Notes: generated from the letters alone by a model not told the origin. Shown: positions 29,811-40,617, numbered from the stretch's first letter. The stretch: 50,844 nt of DNA from Armatimonadota bacterium (GCA_016235455.1 JACRKZ010000121.1:1-50844), one strand, 5' to 3'. Translations and numbers: made by a program.

Positions 29811-32606
29811 CTACCGCCCGAACACGACCTCGTAGTACAGCGCCTTGTCGCGGGCGCCGTCGATGGTGAAGGCGTTGCCGGTCACGGGCACGGTGCGGCC
29901 GGTGCGTTTGCCGTCGTGGTCGAGGATGTTGACCGCGGTCACGGCCCGGCCGAGACTGATGGTCGCTTTGACCGGCTCACACAGCAGCGGCGCGTCGCCG
30001 TTGTCCAGCACCCGCTGATCCACCGAGAACACGGTGAACCGCGTGTTGGAGATTCGCGCCACCGCCGTTACCAGTGCCGTCGCCGCATTGGCGAGCGTGG
30101 CCTTGGGCTCGGTCGCGGTGACCAGCACGGACGCGTAGGGGCTGTCCAGCCGCACCTTGGTCGAGCCGAGCGTCAGGTCCTTGCCCTGGGCGAAGCCCAC
30201 CACGCCCTTGGTGCCCGCGGTGTTTATGGTGAAGTAGCCCTCCGTGGCGTTCCAGGCCAGTTCGCCCGTGGTCGAGGTGATCACGCCGTCCTTGGTGTAC
30301 TTGGCCATGTCGACAAACGTGGACGGTGTCGGCTGCGCCGTGAACTCGACCACGCAGCGGCCCGCGGCGAGCGCCGCCGCCGGCACCGCCCCGCCGAACG
30401 TCTTCACGTCGCCACGCTGCTCCACCTTGTCGGTGAAGTCGAACTTGCCCTCGGCAAGCGCCTGCGGGCTGACCCGCCGCGCCGAGACAATGTCGCCGGT
30501 CTTCACGTCACCGCGCGCCAGCATCCGCGCCAGCACTGGGTACTGCCCCAGTTGCGTCGGCGTATCGACGTTCCACACACCGAACGGCGGCCGGCCAGCG
30601 ATGGGATTCCAGGCCTGGTTGCCGCCGCCCGACTGGAACTCGTAGCTGGCATCCCAGCCTTGCAGCCCCAGCCCGTAGGCCGCAATCATCGGCGGGCCAT
30701 CGGCGCTGTACAGCGCCGGATAGACCGTGATCCACTCCGACAACCCGAACGGCCGGCCCGCCACCTGCTGCAGACCGCTGGAGAAGTAGCCGCTGCCGGG
30801 CGATTTGAGCATGGTGTCGGTGGGCTTGTCACCAAAGTAGTTGTGGCGGTCCACATAGCCGACGTTGGCGTCCGAGCGCAGGTTGTAGTAGTGCGGCAGC
30901 CCAGCCGGCGCCTGCCACGGCGAGCCGCACAGCGGGCCCTCATAGCCGGTATCGCGAATGGCCTTGGCGAAGCGCATGTAGAACTGGTTCTGCAGCTCGT
31001 GGAAGTGCGCCGCGTTGTCCAGCAGACGCTGTCGCTCGCCGCCCGTCTTGTTGGGCAGGTTGTCCTGACCGAAGAACCACGGGTTGCCCTGCAAGGCGAT
31101 GTTGCCCGCCTCGATGCTCTCATCGCCGCGTAGCGCATCGCCCCAGGCCTGCTTCAGCGCCGCGGTGGTGCCGTACTTGGCCTTCAGCCACTGGCTCCAG
31201 CGCTTGACGAAGAACGCCTTGTAGGTTGGGCAGGCGTTGACCGCGTTCTCGTTGGTGTAGAAGAAGATATCGTCTTCGTTCTGCAACTCGATGTAGCACA
31301 GCGCCGGGTCCTGCGCGTAGGTCTTGCCCGTGTACGGGTTGGGGTGCTTCAGCAGATTGACGACCATCTCGATCATCAGGTCCTGCAGGTCCGGTGCCAG
31401 GTTGATGATGGCGTAGGTGTTGCCCTGCAACTTGCCCATCAACTCGTCATAGGCCAGCAGACGGGCCTTGTTGCCGGGCCGCACCTTGACCTGGAAGCTA
31501 TGCGACCAACCGTAGTAGACGCCGGCCTTGGTCAGTTCCGCGCTGAAGTTGTCGAAGCGGTCCAGCCCTTCTGGATGCATTCTGGTCATGTCGTCCGGGT
31601 CGCCGATACCTTCCCAGCCGTTGGGGTTGGTGAACTTGTGGAAGCGCACCGCGTTCACGCCCCACTTGGCCAGGCGTTGGGCCAGGAAAGCGGCCTCGCC
31701 CTTGGCCGGCGCCGACAGCGCGTAGGACAGGTTGGTGCCAAAGAACTTGACCGGCGTGCCGTCGGCGAACTGGAAACCCTCCCCCACCATGCGCACGCCA
31801 CCGCGGCGGCCGGCGGGCTTGTCGAGCCAGTCCTGGAAGCCGACCACGCTCGGGCCGATGTCCCGAGTCGGCGTGAAGGGGAACCAGTCGGCGCCAGGCA
31901 CCACCTCCGTGTACTTGGCCAGGTCCTCGTCGCTCACCAGCAGCGCTACCGGCTCGGGGAAGGTCATGGTCAGGTCGAGGGTTCGCGTGCCCGCGGGGAA
32001 GTTGGCCTCGGCCAGGCACAGGCGCATGCCGTTGTCGAAGCGGATGGGCGCGGCCGGCGCCATGGTCATGGTGACCTGTCCGGCGGTTTTGCTGTTCAGT
32101 TCGATGCGACTGATGGCGTCGAGCCCAGCGATGCCGGCGAAGGACAGCGGGCGGCGCGTCTGCTTGCCATCGGCACCCACGAGCACCGCCTCGCCGTCAC
32201 GAGCCGACTCGTCGGTGGCGAAGCTGCTGACCAGCGCAGTCAGCGGCACATCCTTGGCCGCGGTGAGCGTGAAGTGGAAGACGACCGAGCGCGGCCCGGA
32301 CTGGCTCACCCGTTGGTTGACCGAGATGACCTGACCGGCCTCTTTGTTGGACTCAAAAAGTGAGGTGACGTCGAGCACGCCGCCGTTGCCGCGCGCCTTG
32401 GCGCCAAACCCGCGCCACGCCCAGTTCGGCCCCCAGGCCACCGGCTCACAGCGCAACCACGGCTTACCGCCGCGCAGGAACTGGAAGGCGTAGGCGTTGT
32501 CCGGGGAGACGACCACCATCCACTGGGGTGGCGCCTGCTGGGCCGCGCATGGCGCCAGCCCGCCCAGAACCACCAAACCCACCGTCAGAAGCCCACGCCA
32601 ACGCAT
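29811..32606 (-). CDS. secreted clan GH-A (GH5/GH42-like) glycoside hydrolase
   Basis: Signal peptide; VKFFGTNL, GVNAVRFHK, HPNPYTGKTYAQDPAL, acid/base IELQNED, DRHNYF, nucleophile GLSEW. Confidence 0.7.
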   Translation of the reverse strand: MRWRGLLTVGLVVLGGLAPCAAQQAPPQWMVVVSPDNAYAFQFLRGGKPWLRCEPVAWGPNWAWRGFGAKARGNGGVLDVTSLFESNKEAGQVISVNQRVSQSGPRSVVFHFTLTAAKDVPLTALVSSFATDESARDGEAVLVGADGKQTRRPLSFAGIAGLDAISRIELNSKTAGQVTMTMAPAAPIRFDNGMRLCLAEANFPAGTRTLDLTMTFPEPVALLVSDEDLAKYTEVVPGADWFPFTPTRDIGPSVVGFQDWLDKPAGRRGGVRMVGEGFQFADGTPVKFFGTNLSYALSAPAKGEAAFLAQRLAKWGVNAVRFHKFTNPNGWEGIGDPDDMTRMHPEGLDRFDNFSAELTKAGVYYGWSHSFQVKVRPGNKARLLAYDELMGKLQGNTYAIINLAPDLQDLMIEMVVNLLKHPNPYTGKTYAQDPALCYIELQNEDDIFFYTNENAVNACPTYKAFFVKRWSQWLKAKYGTTAALKQAWGDALRGDESIEAGNIALQGNPWFFGQDNLPNKTGGERQRLLDNAAHFHELQNQFYMRFAKAIRDTGYEGPLCGSPWQAPAGLPHYYNLRSDANVGYVDRHNYFGDKPTDTMLKSPGSGYFSSGLQQVAGRPFGLSEWITVYPALYSADGPPMIAAYGLGLQGWDASYEFQSGGGNQAWNPIAGRPPFGVWNVDTPTQLGQYPVLARMLARGDVKTGDIVSARRVSPQALAEGKFDFTDKVEQRGDVKTFGGAVPAAALAAGRCVVEFTAQPTPSTFVDMAKYTKDGVITSTTGELAWNATEGYFTINTAGTKGVVGFAQGKDLTLGSTKVRLDSPYASVLVTATEPKATLANAATALVTAVARISNTRFTVFSVDQRVLDNGDAPLLCEPVKATISLGRAVTAVNILDHDGKRTGRTVPVTGNAFTIDGARDKALYYEVVFGR

Positions 32607-32836
32607 CGCCAATCCTCCACCGCCACTCAGGGTCGAACGGTGGATTGGCCTCGCCCGGCGGGGATCCTCCCGACTGTCGTGCAGCCGCGGCGGCCGCGTC
32701 TGCGGGCACCAGCGCGGGTCAGACAGCAAGACGCCGCACGCTACCGGAAGGCCCCTCAGGGCTCCCAGCGGCGCGCGGCGTCTCAAACAGTTGGTTTGAC
32801 GAAGTACCGGACAGTAGCGCGAAGCGCAACTGCCGC

Positions 32837-32859
32837 AGCGTTCGGACTAGCCGAACGCT
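32837..32859. terminator. hairpin at the stop codon of the small basic gene
   Basis: AGCGTTCGG-ACTAG-CCGAACGCT. Confidence 0.45.
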
Positions 32860-32951
32860 CAGCGCTTAGCCTTATGCCTGTTGAGGCGGCGGCGCTTCTT
32901 CATCCAGTGGGTCTTGACCTTCTTCTTGTGCTTCTTCTTGTCGCTGCTCAA
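32859..32951 (-). CDS. 30-aa basic protein, AURKAIP1/COX24 (bS22/mS38-like) small ribosomal protein
   Basis: TTG start with SD GAGGGA; MSSDKKKHKKKVKTHWMKKRRRLNRHKAKR resembles the MxSxxKKRxKxMxKxKxxKxxRxxR pattern; has its own promoter. Confidence 0.7.
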   Translation of the reverse strand: MSSDKKKHKKKVKTHWMKKRRRLNRHKAKR

Positions 32952-33015
32952 AACCGCGTCCCTCGCCGTCTGCGAATTGGTCCACCACCCGCTGGTCCAG
33001 CGGATTGGAAGCCGC

Positions 33016-33044
33016 AGAATAGACCCGGACGTGGCTGTTGTCAA
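33016..33044 (-). promoter_or_regulatory. near-consensus sigma70 promoter of the bS22-like gene
   Basis: TTGACA-17 nt-TATTCT. Confidence 0.7.
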
Positions 33045-33108
33045 GCCCAACGGGCCAGAGATAACCGAGCCCGGGGCCGCTCGCGGCCGAACGGCCCCGA
33101 GACGGGGC

Positions 33109-33684
33109 TCAGAAGGCCGGTCGCTCGGCGACGGTCGCGCCGCCGAAGGCACGGATGTAGGCATGCGCGGCCATGGCCATGGCCACCGGCGTGGTGATCA
33201 GCGTGCCCACCGCCACACAACCGCCAATGCTGTTGATGATGGTGTTGACGATGAGGAACAGGAGCGCCGGGCCGATGTTGGCCATGTTGAAGGCCCACGA
33301 GCGGCGCAGGCACTCCATGACGTCGGTCTCGCCGTCCGCCATGATCCAGGCCGCCCAGTAGATGCCGAAGCCGATGACCAGGCCAGGCACAACACACAGC
33401 ATCGTGCCGACCGACACCGCCACGCCGGCGATGATCATCAGCAGCAGACCGGGCACGAAGTGACTGAAGCCCTGAAAAACGTCGCCGGGCGCCACCGACT
33501 CGCCGCGTGCCGCGCGCAGGCACATGCGGTTGTAGCCGATGGCCATGGCGCCGGAGCCCAGGCCGAGTGTGAAGATGATCCCCACGACCATCAAAATGGC
33601 GCCAAGAATGAGCGCGCCGGCGTTGCGCATGAACGTCTGCCAACCCTCACCGAGGGTCGTACCGATGTCCAATGGGTGCAGCAT
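33109..33684 (-). CDS. integral membrane protein (about 4 TM)
   Basis: ATG 33684 with SD AAGGAG; LDIGTTLGEGW, GDVFQGF, LCVVPG, MECLRRSW pattern of a common uncharacterised membrane family. Confidence 0.75.
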   Translation of the reverse strand: MLHPLDIGTTLGEGWQTFMRNAGALILGAILMVVGIIFTLGLGSGAMAIGYNRMCLRAARGESVAPGDVFQGFSHFVPGLLLMIIAGVAVSVGTMLCVVPGLVIGFGIYWAAWIMADGETDVMECLRRSWAFNMANIGPALLFLIVNTIINSIGGCVAVGTLITTPVAMAMAAHAYIRAFGGATVAERPAF

Positions 33685-33769
33685 CGATCTGTTCTCCTTT
33701 TCACCGCAGAACGCTTGCCGCGCTCGTGCCGCTCTAGGAGTATGCCACCATTCCGCCCTAAATGCAGGA

Positions 33770-34936
33770 CTACCCCGGTCGCGAGCCCGGATCGACCAAT
33801 GGCCCCCACTCGTCGAGCATGGCTCGGCCCACCTCGCCCACGGTGCGGAGCGCGGGCCAGTTGGGCGGCGCCACGGCCCGCACCGCGCCGAACCGCTCCA
33901 CCGCATCGCCCAGCGTCAGCCGCCCCCGCGTGAACTGGCCCAGCCGGGCCGTCTCGATCCAACTGGCCAGCAGCAGATGGCGGCCGCACCAGGGGTAGTT
34001 GCCGTAGCGCTCGGCCAGATACGTCAGGTAGTCGGCCGTGCGCTGCCAGTCAGCGGCGGTCGGCGCGGCGGTGCCGGTCAACAGTTCCGGTCGCACCGCG
34101 GTGAGGTCGAGGTCACGTTCGCCCGCGGCCAGCACCAGCGACCAGCCACCGAGGGTGATCGTGCCGTGCCACAGCACCATCAGCGCCGCCGCGCAGAGCC
34201 AGGCGGCGCGTTGGCCGACCAGCAAGTGCTCACACAGCACGAGCGGATTGGCCTGCCGGCCGCCGCGCAGCAGCAGCCACGAGCAGGACAGCGCCAGCAT
34301 CGCCACCGCCGGCAGCAACAGGCTGCCTCCGCACAGGCGTGGGGCCAGCCGCGCCGCAACCACCAGGGCCACGAGCGTGACCGCCGCCGCGCGCGGCAGG
34401 CCGCGCGGCACACGGCCCGACCAGCCCGGCCGACGCAGGGCGCCGACGGCCGTGGCCAGGCCCAGCAGACCGACCCCCACTGCCGGTCGCCACAGCCACT
34501 CGGAGCGGCCGGGCTGCAGAGGCATCAGGTTGGCCGTGACCCACCAACCGTAGAGCGGCGCCACGGTGAGCACCAGGCCGACGGCCCAGGCCACCACGGG
34601 CGGGAACACGAAGGTCATCAGCGCCGCGCCCAGCCCGAGCGACAGCCAGGCCCGCCCCCACGACAGCGTGGCCACGACGGGCACATGCTCCGCACGCATC
34701 AGGAAGTGATCGAGATCGTGCCAGACCACGCCGCCGGTGCAACTGGCCAGCACCACCAGGCCCTGCGCGACGAGCCACACGGCCAGGCCGCGGACAGCGG
34801 TGCGGCGGGCCCAGAGCGAGAGCGCCAGCCGCGAGCTGCGGCGGTGGTGGGCCAGTTCGGCCGCCTCGTGCAACGAGTAGGCACCGGCCACCAAGGCCGC
34901 CAGCACAACCACCAGGCTCTGCGGCGGGACTCCCAC
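33770..34936 (-). CDS. hypothetical polytopic membrane protein
   Basis: 388-aa hydrophobic ORF, SD GAGGAG, promoter upstream. No family recognised. Confidence 0.6.
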   Translation of the reverse strand: MGVPPQSLVVVLAALVAGAYSLHEAAELAHHRRSSRLALSLWARRTAVRGLAVWLVAQGLVVLASCTGGVVWHDLDHFLMRAEHVPVVATLSWGRAWLSLGLGAALMTFVFPPVVAWAVGLVLTVAPLYGWWVTANLMPLQPGRSEWLWRPAVGVGLLGLATAVGALRRPGWSGRVPRGLPRAAAVTLVALVVAARLAPRLCGGSLLLPAVAMLALSCSWLLLRGGRQANPLVLCEHLLVGQRAAWLCAAALMVLWHGTITLGGWSLVLAAGERDLDLTAVRPELLTGTAAPTAADWQRTADYLTYLAERYGNYPWCGRHLLLASWIETARLGQFTRGRLTLGDAVERFGAVRAVAPPNWPALRTVGEVGRAMLDEWGPLVDPGSRPG

Positions 34937-34966
34937 TCAACCGGCTCCTCACTCGTGTCAGATGGG

Positions 34967-34996
34967 AGTATAGGGAGCTGGAGCGCCGGCTGTCAA
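34967..34996 (-). promoter_or_regulatory. sigma70 promoter
   Basis: TTGACA-18 nt-TATACT. Confidence 0.65.
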
Positions 34997-35069
34997 CGGC
35001 GGGACATCGGACGTGGGAAGCTGCGCCCCCCCGACCCACGCGCTACATCGTACCAACCACATGCTCCGC

Positions 35070-35978
35070 TCAGGCCACCATCTCGCCGCGCACCGCGGCG
35101 GTCGCCTGGCTCCAGAAGCGGGCCAGTTCGCGCACGTCGCAGTGCTCGGCGGCCAGCGCCACTCGCGCCTGAGACCAGGTCACACCCGGTGGCAGGTCGT
35201 CGTCATCCAGTTCGGCCACTTCGCCGCCGACGCGCAGCCGGTCACACAGGCGCGCTGCCTCGGGCCAACTCAACTCGCCACCGTCAGCCAGCTCGTGCGC
35301 CAGTCGCAAACGGAGCAGCAGCCAATAGCGGATGGCGCAATCGCGGCGGCCGTCGAACACGCTGCACAGGCGATCCCAGGCGGCCGCCGCGGCCTGGTGG
35401 GCCAGGGGCTCCTGGGCAAACGGCACACTGGCCAGTGCCGCGACACCGGGCCAGATGGCTGCGGCATGGTCGTCGAGGTGGCGGCGGCAGTGGTCCTCGA
35501 ACCACGCCACCGAGCGCTCCAGGCCGAGGTAGGCAAAGCCGCGCGTGCCCCGCGGTTCCAGCAGGCGCGCGCCATAGTGAGCCACGAAATCCCTCGGCTG
35601 CGTCACCAGCGGCGCCCGCCACACGGGCACGTCGGCCCGCTCCGGCCGCGACAGCAGCGCACCCCGCAAGGCCAACACCACCCGGCGGGTCAGCACCGCC
35701 CACACCAGCCCCTGCCGCTCGGCGCGAGGATCGGCGAGTTGGTGGAAGAGCAGCACACCCGCGACGCGATCAGCCGGTCGCCAGGCAGAATGCGACCAAC
35801 GACGACGGCCGTGCGGCGCGGCGTGATCGGCCAGCTCGTGAGCGATCTCGGCGTGATGTCGGCGGTAGGCCACGGCCATCGCGGCGGCTACCTCGATGCG
35901 ATCGACCAGGGGCACGGCGTCCAGAATGTCCTGGCACGCCGCCGCCACGGCATCGGCTTGCATCGGCTTGGCAACCAC
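35070..35978 (-). CDS. hypothetical protein (helical, possibly sigma-factor-like remnants)
   Basis: 302-aa ORF that fills the gap between neighbours. Start uncertain (GTG 35978 or ATG 35963). Confidence 0.55.
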   Translation of the reverse strand: MVAKPMQADAVAAACQDILDAVPLVDRIEVAAAMAVAYRRHHAEIAHELADHAAPHGRRRWSHSAWRPADRVAGVLLFHQLADPRAERQGLVWAVLTRRVVLALRGALLSRPERADVPVWRAPLVTQPRDFVAHYGARLLEPRGTRGFAYLGLERSVAWFEDHCRRHLDDHAAAIWPGVAALASVPFAQEPLAHQAAAAAWDRLCSVFDGRRDCAIRYWLLLRLRLAHELADGGELSWPEAARLCDRLRVGGEVAELDDDDLPPGVTWSQARVALAAEHCDVRELARFWSQATAAVRGEMVA

Positions 35979-36081
35979 GCTCGCACCGCTCCCACGGGTG
36001 TCTTCACCTGCTATTCGGCAGTGCGCTCGCGGTTACTCCTTCACCCTCTTGTCATGTTCGCGGCAGCAGCGGGGCGCGGCC

Positions 36082-36146
36082 GCCAAGAAACGGTGTCAGG
36101 ACCCCTTTTCAGCCATGCTGAAAAGGGTCCTGACACCGTTTCTTGG

Positions 36147-36147
<1 letters not shown>
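36082..36147. repeat. long near-perfect palindrome, REP-like
   Basis: GCCAAGAAACGGTGTCAGGACCCCTTTTCAGC-CAT-GCTGAAAAGGGTCCTGACACCGTTTCTTGGC (one extra C in the left arm), abutting the ychF-like stop. Confidence 0.85.
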
Positions 36148-37208
<1,061 letters not shown>

Positions 37209-37294
37209 GGAACTCTCACCTCGTCGATGAGGTCATGATACCCCGAGAATGCGTTTGACTGCTCGATTGATGCGTCGACGAAGCGAGGTGCCAG

Positions 37295-39589
37295 ATGCGC
37301 GCTAGTCTGCTGGGCGGGTTGTTGTGTCTGCTGCTCACCCCGAGCGCCTGGGCCGCCGATCCGCTGGTCAGCTCGGTCAACGTGGTCGGCCTGCTGCGCG
37401 TGCCGGCCGCCGCCATCGCCAAGAATCTGCCGCTGGCCAAGGGCGATCCGGCCCTCAAGCGCAACATCGATGGCGCCCGCGAGTGGCTCGAATCGCTGGG
37501 CCTGTTCCTCTCGGTGGCCACCAAGCAGACCAACCGCGGCAACCAGGTCGACGTGACCTACACCGTGGTGGAGAACCCGCCGGTCGGCGCGGTGTTGATC
37601 AGCCCCGTGCCGGGCATCTCCTCGGCGGGCATCCGCAACGAGCTCGACACCAAACCCAAGGACATCCTCAGCCGCGTGCGCGTGGCGTCAGACTCGCTCA
37701 AGATCGCCGCGCTGTACCGCAAGATTGGCCTCGTCGTGGAAGTCGAGACGGTCTTCGACCCGGCGCCCACGCAGACCACGACGCCGGTCAACACCACCTT
37801 CAAGGTGACGCAGTTGCTGGTCGGTCGCGTCGTCTGCGAGCCGCTCAACTATGTCAAGGCCGAGGTCGTCCAGCCGCTCATCAAGCTGGCCGCCGGTGAG
37901 CCGCTGCGGCTCGAGCGCCTGGCGGAGCAGCAGCGCGCGCTGGCCGACTTCCCGCTGTTCGTCGGCGTCGGCGAGCCGTCGTTCCGCCGCGACAAGGCGT
38001 TGCCGGCAGCCCAGGTGGAGCTCACCTTCCCCGTGCAGGAGGCCGAGCAGCCACTCGTGGTGGAGCAGACACTGCCCATGCTCGACATGGAACGGCTGCG
38101 CCGTTGGGTGCGCTTCGCCGCCGTCGACATCAACGTGGCCCTCAACGACATGGAGTTCGTGCGCTCGCCCGAGGAGGCCAAGGCGCTCTATGACCGGGCC
38201 GAGACCGCCGCGCGCGCGTTGGACGACGGCGACGCGGCCTGGCAGGCCGCCTACTGGGCGCGGCACTGCGCCGCGCTGCTGCCGGCCGATGCACCGGTCA
38301 AAACGCTGGAACGGGCCGGCGAGCGGCTCGACGCGCTCTGCGCCGCCGGCGGCACGGCCCGCGATCATCTGCGGCTGGGCCAGGTCTACATGCTCATCGG
38401 CCGCCGCGTCGACGCCGCCAATCAGTTCGTGCAGGCGCTGGACCGCAAGCCCGAGGGGCTGGACCTGGCCGAGACCTACGCCGAGCTGGCCGCCGCGCTG
38501 GCCAGCCTGCTCTCCTCCGGTGAACAGCAGGTGGCCGAGCTCTGCAAGACACACATCAAGGCCGGTGCCGATGCACTCAGCAAGCTGCCGACCGACACCT
38601 CACCCGAGGTGGTCACCGAGGTGGCGCAGTTCTACTTCGTCGGCCTGAGCCTGGCGCGGCTGCACATGGATCTGAAAGCACCAATGCGCCTCGATAGCCC
38701 CTTGGCCGGCTGGCTCTTCCGAGCGGCGCACACGTTGGGCGAGAAGCAGCCCGCAAGCGACGCCGCCGACTCGCCCGAGGTGCGCGAACAGCGCCGGCTG
38801 GGCCATCACCTGGGCAAGCTGCTGACCAGCGTTGTCTTCGTGGCACGCTCGATGGGGCCCGAGGTCATCGGGCTCGACGGCATGAACAGCCTGCCAGACA
38901 TCCTCGACGCCGCGCGCGACGCTTTCCTGTCGCCGGGCCATGCGCAGTCGACCGACCCCACTATCCCCTTCTTCCTGAGCCTGAACAACGTGTTGGTGGG
39001 CAACCTGCTCGTGGCGCGGGACGAGGCGCTGAGCGGCCTGGCCCGCTATCCGAGCAACGAGCGTCTGGTGGACATCTACCTGCTGTGCTGCCTGGAGAAC
39101 GTCTACAGCGGCTTGACCCAGGAGCAGGCGCTCAAGGCCCTGGACAACGCGCTGTCCACGCTCGGGCCGGACGTGGAGGCCGGCCGACTCAACGGGCCCG
39201 GCCACGCGCTGCTGGTCACCAAGCTGCAGATGGCGCTCTACCAGACCCTCAACGCGGCTGACGCTCCGGCTCGCGCCAAGGCGCTGGCGGCCACCGTGCA
39301 GGCGGCGCAGCTGACCATCCAGCGCGCGCCCGACTGGGCCAGCGGCTACTGGTTCGCCGGAATGGCGGCGCTCAAGGGCGCTGAGCCCGGCACGGCCGTG
39401 GCGCCATATCGCCGGGTGGTCGCGCTGCAGCCGGCCAACGGCGAGGCGCGCTACGCGCTGGCGCTGGCGTTGATCGCCTCGGGCGCACGCGATGAGGGGC
39501 TCAAGATGATGGACGCGCTGCGCACCAAGCCGGCGCCCGATGCGCAGAAGTCCGTCGGTCCGCCCGCGCCGACCCCAGCTAAGCCATAG
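37295..39589 (+). CDS. exported protein with three N-terminal POTRA domains and a TPR-like helical C-terminal region
   Basis: Signal peptide (PSAWA); POTRA-like units VSSVNVVG..LESLGLFLSV..VTYTVVENP, IAALYRKIG, LADFPLF..VELTFPVQE; TPR-like HLRLGQVYMLIGRRVDAANQFVQAL and YRRVVALQPANGEARYALALAL. Confidence 0.7.
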   Translation: MRASLLGGLLCLLLTPSAWAADPLVSSVNVVGLLRVPAAAIAKNLPLAKGDPALKRNIDGAREWLESLGLFLSVATKQTNRGNQVDVTYTVVENPPVGAVLISPVPGISSAGIRNELDTKPKDILSRVRVASDSLKIAALYRKIGLVVEVETVFDPAPTQTTTPVNTTFKVTQLLVGRVVCEPLNYVKAEVVQPLIKLAAGEPLRLERLAEQQRALADFPLFVGVGEPSFRRDKALPAAQVELTFPVQEAEQPLVVEQTLPMLDMERLRRWVRFAAVDINVALNDMEFVRSPEEAKALYDRAETAARALDDGDAAWQAAYWARHCAALLPADAPVKTLERAGERLDALCAAGGTARDHLRLGQVYMLIGRRVDAANQFVQALDRKPEGLDLAETYAELAAALASLLSSGEQQVAELCKTHIKAGADALSKLPTDTSPEVVTEVAQFYFVGLSLARLHMDLKAPMRLDSPLAGWLFRAAHTLGEKQPASDAADSPEVREQRRLGHHLGKLLTSVVFVARSMGPEVIGLDGMNSLPDILDAARDAFLSPGHAQSTDPTIPFFLSLNNVLVGNLLVARDEALSGLARYPSNERLVDIYLLCCLENVYSGLTQEQALKALDNALSTLGPDVEAGRLNGPGHALLVTKLQMALYQTLNAADAPARAKALAATVQAAQLTIQRAPDWASGYWFAGMAALKGAEPGTAVAPYRRVVALQPANGEARYALALALIASGARDEGLKMMDALRTKPAPDAQKSVGPPAPTPAKP

Positions 39590-40487
39590 GGTCGTGCGGC
39601 GGCGCCAGGTGCTTGCGGTACTGCCAGAACAGGCGTGACACCCGAGCTTGGCAGGCGCGCTGATAGAAGCCCATGGGGCCGACCCAGCCGATGGTTGCCT
39701 CGCGGTAGCCGCGGTCACGCAGGTCAGCCAGGCAGCGCAACAAGAGCACGCGCCCGATGCCGTGCTTGCGGTGGCGGGCGTGCGTGCCCATCGGGCCGAA
39801 CCAGCCCGGGTTGGTCACTTCGGCGGCGGCAAAGCCCACGATCCGTCCGTCGAACCAGGCCACATGGCAGGTGTGCGGCCGCTGGTGCAGCGCGTCCAGC
39901 GCCTCGGCGGTCCAGTTGGCCGAGAAACGTCGGTCGACGAACTCGGTCAGTGCCAGCTGGTCGTCGGCTGTGAGCCGCGCCAGCCGGTAGCCAGCCGCGG
40001 TCAGTGCCTGCTCCGCGTCCGCGGTATCCAGCGGCTGATGCGTCAGGTCGCAGACCATGTTGTAGGCCTCGCCCACCTTGCGGAAGCCGTGGCTCGTGAA
40101 AAACAGCGTGCTGCGCGTGTCGCACGGGTCGATGCCGGGGGTCAGGTAGACTGGTGAGCTACCACTGACGTCGATCACGACCACCAGGCTGCCGGCCAGC
40201 ACGGACTCGAAGGACTCGAGCAACGCCTCGGGCACGCTGGGCTCTGGCCCCACGGTGAGCGCCTTGATCCAAGCCCGGCTCGAACGGACCACGCCCAGCA
40301 ACACGCCGCGCAGCAGTCCGTCGTCATCCCATGCACCGAGGTTGTGCATCGGCTCGTAGTGCGGGTCGCCCCACACCTGGCGAGCGATGTTGCGCTCGTC
40401 GGCGGCATCGCTGGGGAACTCAGCCCGCAGCCGCCCGGCGACATCGGGCAGATCCTCGATGGACAGCGGTCGAATGTGCACCGTCAC
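39579..40487 (-). CDS. tandem GNAT N-acetyltransferase
   Basis: GTG 40487 with SD GGAG; GRIVGFA, WFGPMGT..RKHGIGRVLL, IGWVGPMGFY; a second degenerate GNAT half at the N-terminus. Confidence 0.82.
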   Translation of the reverse strand: MTVHIRPLSIEDLPDVAGRLRAEFPSDAADERNIARQVWGDPHYEPMHNLGAWDDDGLLRGVLLGVVRSSRAWIKALTVGPEPSVPEALLESFESVLAGSLVVVIDVSGSSPVYLTPGIDPCDTRSTLFFTSHGFRKVGEAYNMVCDLTHQPLDTADAEQALTAAGYRLARLTADDQLALTEFVDRRFSANWTAEALDALHQRPHTCHVAWFDGRIVGFAAAEVTNPGWFGPMGTHARHRKHGIGRVLLLRCLADLRDRGYREATIGWVGPMGFYQRACQARVSRLFWQYRKHLAPPHDPMA

Positions 40488-40617
40488 ACGCGGTCTCCGC
40501 CGCGCAGGATACCATGTGCGACGGCGGACGTAGGCCGTGGGACGTGGGATGTGGGAAGCTGCAACGCCCCCACCCAGGCCGCGGGCCCCACGACCTGTGT
40601 CCGGTGCCGCGCGCCAG

